Positions 18,562 through 26,994 of a stretch of 48,956 nt of DNA are shown here, piece after piece. Within the stretch, counting starts at the first letter, position 1. Each line of letters opens with the position of its first letter. A program made the translations under genes and the position numbers. The stretch is from NCBI GenBank assembly GCA_045651445.1, contig JAZRSI010000056.1, positions 1 through 48,956 of the forward strand, written 5' to 3'. The notes under the pieces are model-generated. The model did not search any database. It was not told where the DNA came from and worked only from the letters and a program-made list of their open reading frames with translations. This DNA is from Candidatus Enterousia sp. Lineage in GTDB: Bacteria; Pseudomonadota; Alphaproteobacteria; Rs-D84.

Positions 18562-19317
18562 ATGCAAATAACTAATTCAAATTTTTCAAATGCAAAAAAA
18601 ATACAAAAGGTGATAAGCAATATCCTTGACAAGGAAGCTGTGTTTAAAAATGGGCATTGGTCGTCTGCGGTAAATTTTGAACGTCGACTGGCCGAAGATG
18701 GCTTTGTTCCTGCGTGTCCGATTTCACACCAATATAAATTTCCCGATGGTATTACTGAAGCCGACTATGAAAAAAAAGTAATGAACAATAAGTATTATCT
18801 GGATTTGTTTGAACCACTGCGTATCGAAAATCCAGAACTGTATGTCGATTACTTATTCCAATGCGAAGGCGCCTCAGATGCAACAGCCAAAAAGAAACAG
18901 CAATATTTAGACTTTTTGAACAGCGTAACGGGCGAATTAAATGACGCAGAAAAAAGAAAAATAATAGCGCATTTTACAAGCAACAAAAATCAGAATGTTG
19001 CATTGAAGAATATGGAAAACATGGTTAACGAAATAAAAATGTTAAACCCCGTATTGCGAGATATCCCAGTTAACAATAATACAAATGCGTATGATTTGTT
19101 GATTGGTGTAACATCCAGATTTCACCCAAAAGACATTAAGTATTTTATAACACAATGTAATAAAGGGCTTGGTTGGTTGAACAGGATGCACCAAGACCAA
19201 AAACTTTTTTATACTGTGCTGGATTATGCGCCAAATTTATTTATGGCCCCATCACGCATTAAACAAATTGTTAATGGAATTATTTTACAAAAACAGAACC
19301 AATCAACCCATGAATAG
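18562..19317 (+). CDS. Hypothetical protein (251 aa)
   Basis: ATG preceded by AGGGGAA. The upstream part of the long ORF (from 18361) looks non-coding. Confidence 0.55.
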   Translation: MQITNSNFSNAKKIQKVISNILDKEAVFKNGHWSSAVNFERRLAEDGFVPACPISHQYKFPDGITEADYEKKVMNNKYYLDLFEPLRIENPELYVDYLFQCEGASDATAKKKQQYLDFLNSVTGELNDAEKRKIIAHFTSNKNQNVALKNMENMVNEIKMLNPVLRDIPVNNNTNAYDLLIGVTSRFHPKDIKYFITQCNKGLGWLNRMHQDQKLFYTVLDYAPNLFMAPSRIKQIVNGIILQKQNQSTHE

Positions 19318-19365
19318 AAACTTGTATTCCAAATAAAAAATGCCCCTTGTGGGCATTGTTTTATT

Positions 19366-19396
19366 TTGGTTGGGGTCGGCAAGCGAGATTCGAATA
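19366..19396. repeat. att-like/tRNA-3'-end-like repeat (TGGTTGGGGTCGGCAAGCGAGATTCGAA)
   Basis: Shares TGGTTGGGG and GATTCGAA with the tRNA-Gln 3' region at 29475-29498. Confidence 0.55.
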
Positions 19397-19401
19397 ATTT
19401 T

Positions 19402-20478
19402 TTACAAGGCACTTCGCAATATTATTTTTATTTCTTCTGGCACATCATAATCCAATGGCGTTTTTCCTGAATTATCACGCAAGCTCACATCGGCACCATG
19501 TTTTATCAGCATAGATACAATCTCTGGTGAAGTGTTGTTGTGTAGCGGGGTACCGCCGTAATTATCACGTGCATTAAGGTCGGCGCCGCACTCAATCAAT
19601 ACCTCAGCAACCTCAGAATTTGTTGCGCAGTGTAGTGGTGATAGACCAAAATAGTCTCTAGCCTGTATATCTGCGCCATATTGTATCAATATTCTGGCGA
19701 TGTTGCCATTTGTTGTGTCGTGCAGTGGTGTTCTTCCAGATTCTGTACGTGCGTTTACATCAGCGCCATGTTTTATTAAGAACTCTGCTGCTGTGGCTGT
19801 TTGGGCTCTATGTAATAATGTTGTGTTAGGGGCGTTGGGTGCGGTTGTTTTCGCTCCATGCTTTATTAAGCAATCGGCTATATCTATGTTTTGTACATGA
19901 CACAAAGGTGTAGTTCCGTATATTTTATCCTGGGCGTTTACATTCGCACCGTGTTTTATCAAAAGCTCTGCTTTTTCAGTGCTTTGAACAAAAAATAAGG
20001 GGGTATAACCTTCTAAGTCTTGCGCATTAACGTCAGCGCCATTGTTAATTAACAGCTTTGCAAAATCTATATTAGTTGTATAAAATAATAAAGTTTTTGT
20101 ATCAAAAAGAGGCGCATTTACATCTACCCCATGTTTTATCAATAATTCTGCAATTTCTATACTTTGAACAAAAGCTATTAAAGGCCACGTGTCACGAACT
20201 AGAAAGTTGAAATCCGCCCCATTTGATATTAAATATTCAGCAATTTCCACCGATTTTACAAAAGATAATGCTGTTCTGCCATCAAGATTTTGGGCATTGA
20301 CATCTGCGCCGCGTTCAATTAGTAGTTTTGCTGCATTCTTACTTTTTACGCAAAACAATGGAGTATTATCATGAGAATCTCGTAAATCAACAATGGCGCC
20401 ATTATCCAAGGCGTTTATCATTTGCTGAATATTATCATCATATATCGCTTGTATTAATTTTTTATTAGCTTCTCGCAT
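19402..20478 (-). CDS. Ankyrin-repeat protein (about ten 33-aa ANK repeats)
   Basis: Repeated G.TPL....(ae)..LI.(H/N)GADVNA motif. The ATG at 20478 with an AAGGA SD is preferred over the TTG at 20502. Confidence 0.85.
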   Translation of the reverse strand: MREANKKLIQAIYDDNIQQMINALDNGAIVDLRDSHDNTPLFCVKSKNAAKLLIERGADVNAQNLDGRTALSFVKSVEIAEYLISNGADFNFLVRDTWPLIAFVQSIEIAELLIKHGVDVNAPLFDTKTLLFYTTNIDFAKLLINNGADVNAQDLEGYTPLFFVQSTEKAELLIKHGANVNAQDKIYGTTPLCHVQNIDIADCLIKHGAKTTAPNAPNTTLLHRAQTATAAEFLIKHGADVNARTESGRTPLHDTTNGNIARILIQYGADIQARDYFGLSPLHCATNSEVAEVLIECGADLNARDNYGGTPLHNNTSPEIVSMLIKHGADVSLRDNSGKTPLDYDVPEEIKIILRSAL

Positions 20479-20759
20479 CGTATGTATCCTTTTGATTACC
20501 AATGAATTATATCACATATATAATGTCTGCGGGATAAAAATCAATGCGTTATGCTGGCCGGCCACAAGCACATTGAATAAAAAGACCGGTTAGAGCAGTT
20601 TTTTATTAGTTTTATAAGATTGTTGTTAGTTCGAATGTTTTTAGAGTGTTATACGCGGTTCGAAAGTGTAAATAACGACATAATTTTTATAAATTTGAAT
20701 TTCGAACTCGCCAAAGTCTTATATTTTTGCTCTCTGGAATGCGCTACGTTTTTGATAAA

Positions 20760-21005
20760 CTATTTCCAAAAATGTCTTTTTGCGAATGCGTGTCCGGAAC
20801 CTGTTTTAAGATATTGTTCAAATTCCAACGCGGCATCTTTCGAACTAAACGCAACATAGTTTACCAATTCCCAAGGTTTATATTTTGCCGTATGTATTGA
20901 ATATCCTGCATTATGTTGCGTTAGTCGTTTTTTTAAATCATCAGTTTGGCCGATGTATTTTTGTTCTGGATGGGAAATGCTTTTTATAAGATAGACATAA
21001 AACAT
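20760..21005 (-). CDS. GIY-YIG nuclease-family protein (small stand-alone type)
   Basis: YVYLIKS...KYIGQTDDLKKRLTQHN matches the GIY...YIG...R..H.N pattern. Confidence 0.8.
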   Translation of the reverse strand: MFYVYLIKSISHPEQKYIGQTDDLKKRLTQHNAGYSIHTAKYKPWELVNYVAFSSKDAALEFEQYLKTGSGHAFAKRHFWK

Positions 21006-21101
21006 TTATAAGTCCCCCTTCGTTAAAACTTCGGGCGACACTACTTCGCCTATGCTTCTCGCCTTGTGTGGCCTGCCACACGAAGCCTCGTAGAGGCGAA
21101 G
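21005..21101. repeat. GC-rich nested palindromic element abutting the island's left att site
   Basis: cttcgttaaaacttcg is the reverse complement of the cgaagttttaacgaag core seen at 41411 and 48779. Nested hairpins (tgtgtggc/gccacacg; cttcgcc/ggcgaag). Confidence 0.6.
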
Positions 21102-21120
21102 TGTGGTTGGGGCGCACGGA
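21102..21120. repeat. attL: 19-bp direct repeat TGTGGTTGGGGCGCACGGA
   Basis: Identical to 29473-29491, which covers the 3' end of tRNA-Gln. Confidence 0.85.
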
Positions 21121-21296
21121 CCCCAAACAAATTTACAAAGCGCCGGAATTCTGCGGTTTTTAGTCCCTGTTTTTTGTTGTTTGATACTAAAATTGGTATC
21201 AGTTTTTGTGTGTAAAATTTATACCATAAATAATTACTGCGCGCAACATTTTTTCGTGGGGCGCAGTTCTAATTATTGAAGTCCCAGGAAATGCAC

Positions 21297-21608
21297 ATGA
21301 AAATCACAAATATTGAACTCAACAATACAACATACAACAACATGTCAGATTTATTTAGCGCATTGGTTTCAATGACTATGAATGATTGTGTGGTTGTTGA
21401 TGGTATTCGCGCCGACTATTCAGACGAATTTCCCGACAAAAATGACGTGCAATACCCAGATGGTTTTCGTTTCAAAGATGAAAACGAACAAAAATTAATC
21501 AATGAACACGTATTATCAGAGATAGCAAAACACGCAAAACAACACGACAAAAAAATTATTCATGACGCAATAAGAAAAATTATGACAAACACAAACAATA
21601 AAAAATAA
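21297..21608 (+). CDS. Hypothetical island protein (103 aa)
   Basis: ORF with an AGGAAA-type SD before the ATG at 21297. No family recognised. Confidence 0.45.
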   Translation: MKITNIELNNTTYNNMSDLFSALVSMTMNDCVVVDGIRADYSDEFPDKNDVQYPDGFRFKDENEQKLINEHVLSEIAKHAKQHDKKIIHDAIRKIMTNTNNKK

Positions 21609-21972
21609 TTAGTTCTATTTTATATGGACAGCGGACGGACCCTTGCCTTTTTATTCCACAGTTGTCTATCTACTATTGGTTCGTGAGATTTGAAAAAGTT
21701 TTGGCAAGAAAACCTACCAAGTTGCACGAACCCTTGGTAGGTCTTTTTATGTTTTATGGGCAATTTTGGTTGCAAACAAAATATTTTGGAAATGGTCAAG
21801 TCTGCCTAGGGGGCTTATATTTTCAAAAGTTCATAAAACAGCATCTGACATGCTTACTCCAGCGGCTTTTTCGGCCGAAAGTCCGCAGAAATGGGCAGTC
21901 AGGTGTCAAATATCTATATTATACTCGCGCGCGTGTTGCCCCGTATATTACCCCTAAAAAAGGATAGAAGAA

Positions 21973-22491
21973 ATGAAAAAAAATCTGAAAAGAGCAAGAG
22001 TAGAAAGTATAGTCAATTCAATACAGCCAAACTATATGATAACGATACAACTACCACCGGCATACAAATCAAAAAATTTAGATAGATTTAGATTCAATGT
22101 AAAAAAGATTATGCAACAAGTTGAGAAAGATTTGTTGGGAAAGCAATGGCATAAACATCATTATCGCTTTGTGGTGTTCTACGAAAACAAGAACGGATTA
22201 GAACCTTGGCATGCACATGTGCTGTGCAACTTCACAGATAACAAAAACGGTAAAATAGAGAGCTATGACGATATAGAAAAAGCAGTAAGTCGCGCCAACC
22301 ACACTTTCCGCTGCAACAATGGATGTAAAACGGATTTGGATGTTGATGTTAGCTTGTTGGACAATATAAAATCAGTTCAAGATGCTGTGAATTACTGTCA
22401 AAAAGAAGTCTGGCAGGAAGAAAAATCTGTAGAGCGTCAGATACGATTTGAGTTTTCAGAAGAGATTTTTCCCTGTAAGCACAAAACTTAA
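21973..22491 (+). CDS. HUH-endonuclease (Rep-like, rolling-circle initiator) candidate
   Basis: PWHAHVLCNF (His-hydrophobic-His motif) and AVNYCQKEV (YxxK catalytic-Tyr motif) in the correct order. AAAGGA SD. Confidence 0.5.
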   Translation: MKKNLKRARVESIVNSIQPNYMITIQLPPAYKSKNLDRFRFNVKKIMQQVEKDLLGKQWHKHHYRFVVFYENKNGLEPWHAHVLCNFTDNKNGKIESYDDIEKAVSRANHTFRCNNGCKTDLDVDVSLLDNIKSVQDAVNYCQKEVWQEEKSVERQIRFEFSEEIFPCKHKT

Positions 22492-22596
22492 TCTCTCGCC
22501 TTTAGAACAAAAACATTACACATTCAACACCCCTTTACAGTGCTTTTCGGGGTGTTTTTGCTAAAATTTCTCAAAGAAACAATACAAATCTGACAT

Positions 22597-22636
22597 AAAA
22601 AATCCCCCTGGTTTGAAGTTTGTCAGGGGGACTTTT
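22597..22636. terminator. Bidirectional terminator (TCCCCCTG...CAGGGGGA) between Rep-like gene and lipoprotein operon
   Basis: Long GC hairpin with an A-run on one side and a short T-run on the other. Confidence 0.7.
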
Positions 22637-22654
22637 GCACATCGGTATAATGCT

Positions 22655-24136
22655 TTATTTTACACCACCGAACGCACCACCAAATCGTAATTCAGTACCG
22701 CCACGGTCTTGTTCAACATAGCCAAATGCCGCTGTTGCTTCTGTTGGTGTACCATTTGCGCCATAATATGTTGTTTCAAACTGTTGCTTGTAAACGTCTG
22801 TACCAACGATGGCCCAGTCTTCATTTTCACCCGTAAAATTAGAAAATTCAAATACCGCATCGTTATCTCCAGAACGGGTAATTTGAACATCATGCCAGTC
22901 AGAGAAAGACATATTTAGCTCTTCTGTCTGTGTGCTTGGGTTGAATGTCAGGGTCGCTTCGGCAGGGGCTAACAGTTTTTCTTCTTCTTCCAGTTTTACG
23001 TTCGCGATGGCTGTACCTGTAAACATCATCTCGGTTGCGTTATCAATATTTTTGACATCAATTTTCTTGTCGTCATATCCGCCTGCAAACATTCCATACC
23101 CAGGATTAGACGAATTGTTAGCCGACAATAATATCTGACCAAAGTCCGAATATTGCAAACCGATATCGCGCCCAAATGTTGTCATGTCTATGCTGTATGA
23201 AACTTCTTGTTCTTCCACATCCGCCAGGGTAATGTCTGATACATCTTCAATACTGCTATAGTCCTGTAATATACGTCTCAACTCTTCGTCTGTTGTTATT
23301 TTTGTAGCGGACATAAATTCGTGTCCATCAACTTCATATCTGTATCCATGGAAAGCAAATTGCGAATTAGTGTTAGAGCGGTCAAAAGTTCCGGCATCTG
23401 ACATATACATCTGTTTGATTTCGCCGTTGTTATCTAATTTGAGTTGAATGTATTCGCCTGCGTCATGGGCATTACCACGATAAAATTTTACACCACTCAG
23501 GTCAAATTCCTTGTATTGCATATCTTCTTTGGTCTGCTCAAAATCGTCTTTCAAGTCACCACCAATAATACCTGCAATAAACCCTGCCAGGCCTGCACAA
23601 TCGTCAGAGTCTAAAAAACTATCAAAATCCCCCGCACTGCCACCAATAAGCGTAAAGGCATCTTTCAGGTCATTGATAAATTTGTTATATGCAGCTTCCC
23701 CTTGTTCTTTGTACTCGTTCAGTTTGGCCAACAAATCTTCGTCCGATTTATCAAACCATCCCATGTGATTAATCTTGCCCTTAGCCCATTCCCAGCGTTT
23801 GTCATTATCCATACCATGACCTGCACGCAAAGAATATGTGGCGGCAGATGTTTCTTCGTCTTGGTATGTTTTGCCCAATGTCTGTTCAACCATATCAATC
23901 AATTCTGCACGATTGTCCAATGCAATACCTGTCACAGATGCATTTGATGCCCGAACAGTATCGCTAATCGTTTCTGTAATCAATACTGGTGCTTCTATGG
24001 TTGGTGTATCTGGGGTGTTTGGTGTTTCTGGAATACCTGGCACATCACCAATGCCGGCACCGCCACCTGAACCGCCACTGCCACCACCACATGCGGCCAG
24101 TGCTAAAACAGATGTCAATAATACAAGTTTTTTCAT
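22655..24136 (-). CDS. Surface-lipoprotein candidate 1 (TbpB/fHbp-like C-terminal barrel; putative Slam/T11SS substrate)
   Basis: Lipobox LALAAC followed by GGGSGGSGGG linker. The C-terminus (...TEATAAFGYVEQDRGGTELRFGGAFGGVK) resembles the terminal strands of Neisserial surface lipoproteins. Confidence 0.65.
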   Translation of the reverse strand: MKKLVLLTSVLALAACGGGSGGSGGGAGIGDVPGIPETPNTPDTPTIEAPVLITETISDTVRASNASVTGIALDNRAELIDMVEQTLGKTYQDEETSAATYSLRAGHGMDNDKRWEWAKGKINHMGWFDKSDEDLLAKLNEYKEQGEAAYNKFINDLKDAFTLIGGSAGDFDSFLDSDDCAGLAGFIAGIIGGDLKDDFEQTKEDMQYKEFDLSGVKFYRGNAHDAGEYIQLKLDNNGEIKQMYMSDAGTFDRSNTNSQFAFHGYRYEVDGHEFMSATKITTDEELRRILQDYSSIEDVSDITLADVEEQEVSYSIDMTTFGRDIGLQYSDFGQILLSANNSSNPGYGMFAGGYDDKKIDVKNIDNATEMMFTGTAIANVKLEEEEKLLAPAEATLTFNPSTQTEELNMSFSDWHDVQITRSGDNDAVFEFSNFTGENEDWAIVGTDVYKQQFETTYYGANGTPTEATAAFGYVEQDRGGTELRFGGAFGGVK

Positions 24137-24159
24137 GTTTTGCTCCTTTTTTGTTGTTA

Positions 24160-25518
24160 TCAGAATCTTTGTTGCATCGTGAATTCTATTGCCGTCTTGT
24201 TATATTCCCGTTGCCATATATTTGAATCCCGTTGTGTATAGCTGAATGTAATTGTTGGTACAAAGCCCCATATATCCAATTTGTTGTTTGATAGTGACAT
24301 GGCATAACGATGTGTAAAGTCCCGCTCGGTTATTTCCTTGAATTGATTGTTATCCACCGTCCAACGCGCATCGTCATACAACGACCAATACACAGACGGT
24401 TCAAAATACGCATGAAATCCCCATGGCAATTCTGCACCCACCCCTACAGATAAACTTGGTTGCCAGTATGCGTATGTTGGACTGGTGGTGTCTTCACGGG
24501 TAATGCCGGCACGAATATTCATATACACACTTGCGCTAAATGAATATGTCAGGCGCGTGTTTGCTGAATAGGTCTGACCGCTCAAAAAATCCCCGTACAG
24601 GTCATATTCGTTATTCATAGCGCGCAGATACAATCCACCCGACAACCTGCGCGTAAAGTCATAATTTGTGTCCAATCGTGCGCCCACAGACCAGTTATAT
24701 TTTTCCCACCCATACCAACGCCGCGCCACAATACCCGCCAACCAAACATCCCCACGATTCCAAACAAAGCGTGGCCCAGTTGATGCACCGATGTACATGT
24801 CGTCAAATTCGTGTTTGTCATATATGTTGCTGTATATGTTTGCTTCTGATTTCCATCGCCACTGGTCAGACAATTTGAATTCATAAGACCCACCCAAGGT
24901 CAGATTTGTCCCGATTGCAGATTCCGGTTCATTCAAATCACGACACATCAGCCCGAACATAGTCGCCACACATTCTTGACCACCGGCGGCATTATTTACA
25001 TTGTTATCTGGCGCAGCCCCAATATTGAACCATACGTTCCAATTCTTATTCTTTCGCACGATATACCGGTAATAGTTCATAAGCCCGCGTGCATTTTCCG
25101 GCAAATCTTTTCCCGCCATGGCAAGGCGCAGATGATAGTCTGCACGTGACCATTGTTCGGTGTGCATATAGCAAGTTGCCAATTCAAACCGTATGCGCGC
25201 CAGGTTTGGTTGGTCGTCCAGTATCTTGCGATATATCTTGATTGCGGATTCATAATCACCGCGTTTTTGGGCAATCTGCGCCAATAAAAACCATCGCTCT
25301 ATTTCCAATGCCACATTATTCATTTTTGGGGTCTGGGTCAGGATTTGCAGCGCATGGTCATAATCCCCATTGTCAACCATTGTTCCGGCCAGTTGCATTG
25401 CCTGTGTCGTGGTCATGGTGATTTCTTTTGGGGTATTTTTTGTTTTGGTATCAGATTTTGCCCAGGTCACCCCAGGCAAAACCATAACCAACGCAAAGAT
25501 TAAACAATACAGACGCAT
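24160..25518 (-). CDS. Slam-family outer-membrane protein (TPR N-domain plus DUF560 beta-barrel; type XI secretion component)
   Basis: Signal peptide. TPR-like helices (GDYESAIKIYRKILDDQPNLARIRFELATCY...), then alternating beta-strand region ending in ...EFTMQQRF. Flanked on both sides by lipoprotein genes. Confidence 0.72.
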   Translation of the reverse strand: MRLYCLIFALVMVLPGVTWAKSDTKTKNTPKEITMTTTQAMQLAGTMVDNGDYDHALQILTQTPKMNNVALEIERWFLLAQIAQKRGDYESAIKIYRKILDDQPNLARIRFELATCYMHTEQWSRADYHLRLAMAGKDLPENARGLMNYYRYIVRKNKNWNVWFNIGAAPDNNVNNAAGGQECVATMFGLMCRDLNEPESAIGTNLTLGGSYEFKLSDQWRWKSEANIYSNIYDKHEFDDMYIGASTGPRFVWNRGDVWLAGIVARRWYGWEKYNWSVGARLDTNYDFTRRLSGGLYLRAMNNEYDLYGDFLSGQTYSANTRLTYSFSASVYMNIRAGITREDTTSPTYAYWQPSLSVGVGAELPWGFHAYFEPSVYWSLYDDARWTVDNNQFKEITERDFTHRYAMSLSNNKLDIWGFVPTITFSYTQRDSNIWQREYNKTAIEFTMQQRF

Positions 25519-26568
25519 TTATTGGGCCGCTTTCCCACCGAACGTAGAATGGAAATGAACGGTATTGCCAATCGCACCTTCCAGGTCATACGCCCCAAGT
25601 TCAGCGGTCGCTTCACTGGCTGTGGTGTCTTCACCATAAAAATTCACCGAAACAAACGCGCCATCCATATCGTCCATAGAAATACGTTCTGACACGTTCG
25701 CCAGTGTAAATGTATCATTTATGGATACGTTGTTTGGATTAGAAAACACCACTGTTTGCCCTGTGCTATCGGTGGCATTGTTGAGTGTGACCTTATACCA
25801 TTTGTCCGCATCAGATTTTGTAAAATCCATTGCCAGTGTGTATTCCCCTGTTGTGCCATTGAATACCAGATTTGCATCGTCTGTGTTTGTTATCATCACA
25901 TCCGAGCCATCTGTATAACTGTCGGCCCCAATTACAGCCACTGCGGCACCAGTAAATGCCTTTGTCCCATTGATTGTTTGGATTTCTTTGTCTGGATTGC
26001 CTGCCAACAGTGCTGACCATGTTGTATCTGTTCCATACCCTGGTGCTATCTCTTTTACATACATCATACCAAAGTCGGCAAATTTCAGCCCAACATGTCT
26101 GCCATAAAGTTGAACCGCACCGTCTTCTAATACTCCTTCATTTTCGCCATCAGGATATTCTACACTTGAAATCTTGCCTGTTTCTGGAACGATATGATAT
26201 GTGACACTGTTTGTTTCGCCTTCTGGGGTTTCCCAAGTTTCTGCCAGTGCAACGATTTGTCCTTTGGCATTGGTTTGTATGGAAAGCCCGCCACCAAATG
26301 TGACATTTTCAACTGGTAAAAAACCATCTATTTCAGGTAAGTCAGGATTTGTTGTATCGTCTTCATTTCCAGAATCCGTCCCTGGATTGTTTGTATCATT
26401 ACCGTTGTTATTTTCGTCACCGGTATTATCGCCCGTATTCGGTGTGTCTGTATCAACGATTGGTGTGTCTGGTGTTGGGTCGCCTGTGTATCCACCACCT
26501 GAACCACCGCTGCCGCCACCACATGCAGCCAGTGCCAGAACAGATGTCAAAATCGCAAGTTTTTTCAT
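25519..26568 (-). CDS. Surface-lipoprotein candidate 2 (putative Slam/T11SS substrate)
   Basis: The first ~25 aa, including the LALAAC lipobox and GGGSGGSGGG, are the same as in candidate 1. Long Asp/Asn/Thr/Gly/Pro linker. C-terminus ...ATAELGAYDLEGAIGNTVHFHSTFGGKAAQ. The stop abuts the Slam start with no spacer. Confidence 0.65.
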   Translation of the reverse strand: MKKLAILTSVLALAACGGGSGGSGGGYTGDPTPDTPIVDTDTPNTGDNTGDENNNGNDTNNPGTDSGNEDDTTNPDLPEIDGFLPVENVTFGGGLSIQTNAKGQIVALAETWETPEGETNSVTYHIVPETGKISSVEYPDGENEGVLEDGAVQLYGRHVGLKFADFGMMYVKEIAPGYGTDTTWSALLAGNPDKEIQTINGTKAFTGAAVAVIGADSYTDGSDVMITNTDDANLVFNGTTGEYTLAMDFTKSDADKWYKVTLNNATDSTGQTVVFSNPNNVSINDTFTLANVSERISMDDMDGAFVSVNFYGEDTTASEATAELGAYDLEGAIGNTVHFHSTFGGKAAQ

Positions 26569-26594
26569 GTATAACTCCCATGTATAAAATTAGA

Positions 26595-26823
26595 CCGCCA
26601 TGGGACATCAGGCGGCCGGGGAGTTCACAAATCAGTATATCGTTGATTCTGTTGCCTTTGGGTTGCCCCTGTTGTATAGCAAACAGCTCCCCGACTTAGC
26701 AAGTCAGGGATAAATAACGACACAAAACCACAGGAATGACATCGGATAACGATGCCATACGCAATTTTGCACCGGATATACTAGGCTTGTGACAGCCCCG
26801 AACCCATATCCCTATGGATTCAA
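26595..26823 (-). promoter_or_regulatory. Conserved structured 229-nt 5' leader, copy 1 (candidate riboswitch or cis-regulatory RNA of unknown class)
   Basis: Duplicate of identical length at 40908-41136. Closing helix, conserved stems with variable loops, minus-strand-only G-U pairs, GGG-GCAA-CCC hairpin, and a 3' hairpin just before the SD/ATG at 26568. Confidence 0.6.
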
Positions 26824-26828
26824 TTCAT

Positions 26829-26857
26829 AGTGTATCAATTAGATTAATCAATTTCAA
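26829..26857 (-). promoter_or_regulatory. Putative sigma70-type promoter for leader copy 1 (TTGAAA-17 nt-TACACT)
   Basis: The -10 ends 5 nt before the conserved block. Copy 2 has the same geometry. Confidence 0.4.
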
Positions 26858-26994
26858 GCCCAAACCAATTTATCAATTATCCGTTATTTATTGACCGAAT
26901 AAATTACGTTTGTTGTCTCAAACCACCCTGAATGGACAGATTTTTTGATGTCCAAGCAAGGTCTAAGCGAGCATAGCCAGACTAGAATTTTTTA

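Noticed and set aside
26595-26823. Could the conserved leader be a known riboswitch (cobalamin, TPP, glycine, lysine, M-box, guanidine-I, ZTP) or a tmRNA? The minus strand contains GGGGCTG, AGGGGCAAC, CTGTCAC and GGGTTCGG.
   Set aside because: Only short isolated resemblances were found. There is no B12 box, no CTGAGA/ACCCTG pair, no GGAGAG glycine core, no GGTCCGAGAG and no tRNA-like acceptor end. Two copies in front of mRNAs also argue against tmRNA. This was judged from memory of the consensus sequences, so an Rfam scan is still needed.
26595-26823. The plus-strand reading of the repeat as a leader or bridge-type RNA for the downstream serine recombinase.
   Set aside because: The stems contain C-A mismatches on the plus strand where the minus strand has G-U. 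Copy 2 has no plus-strand gene downstream. The promoter, terminator and SD geometry fits only the minus strand.
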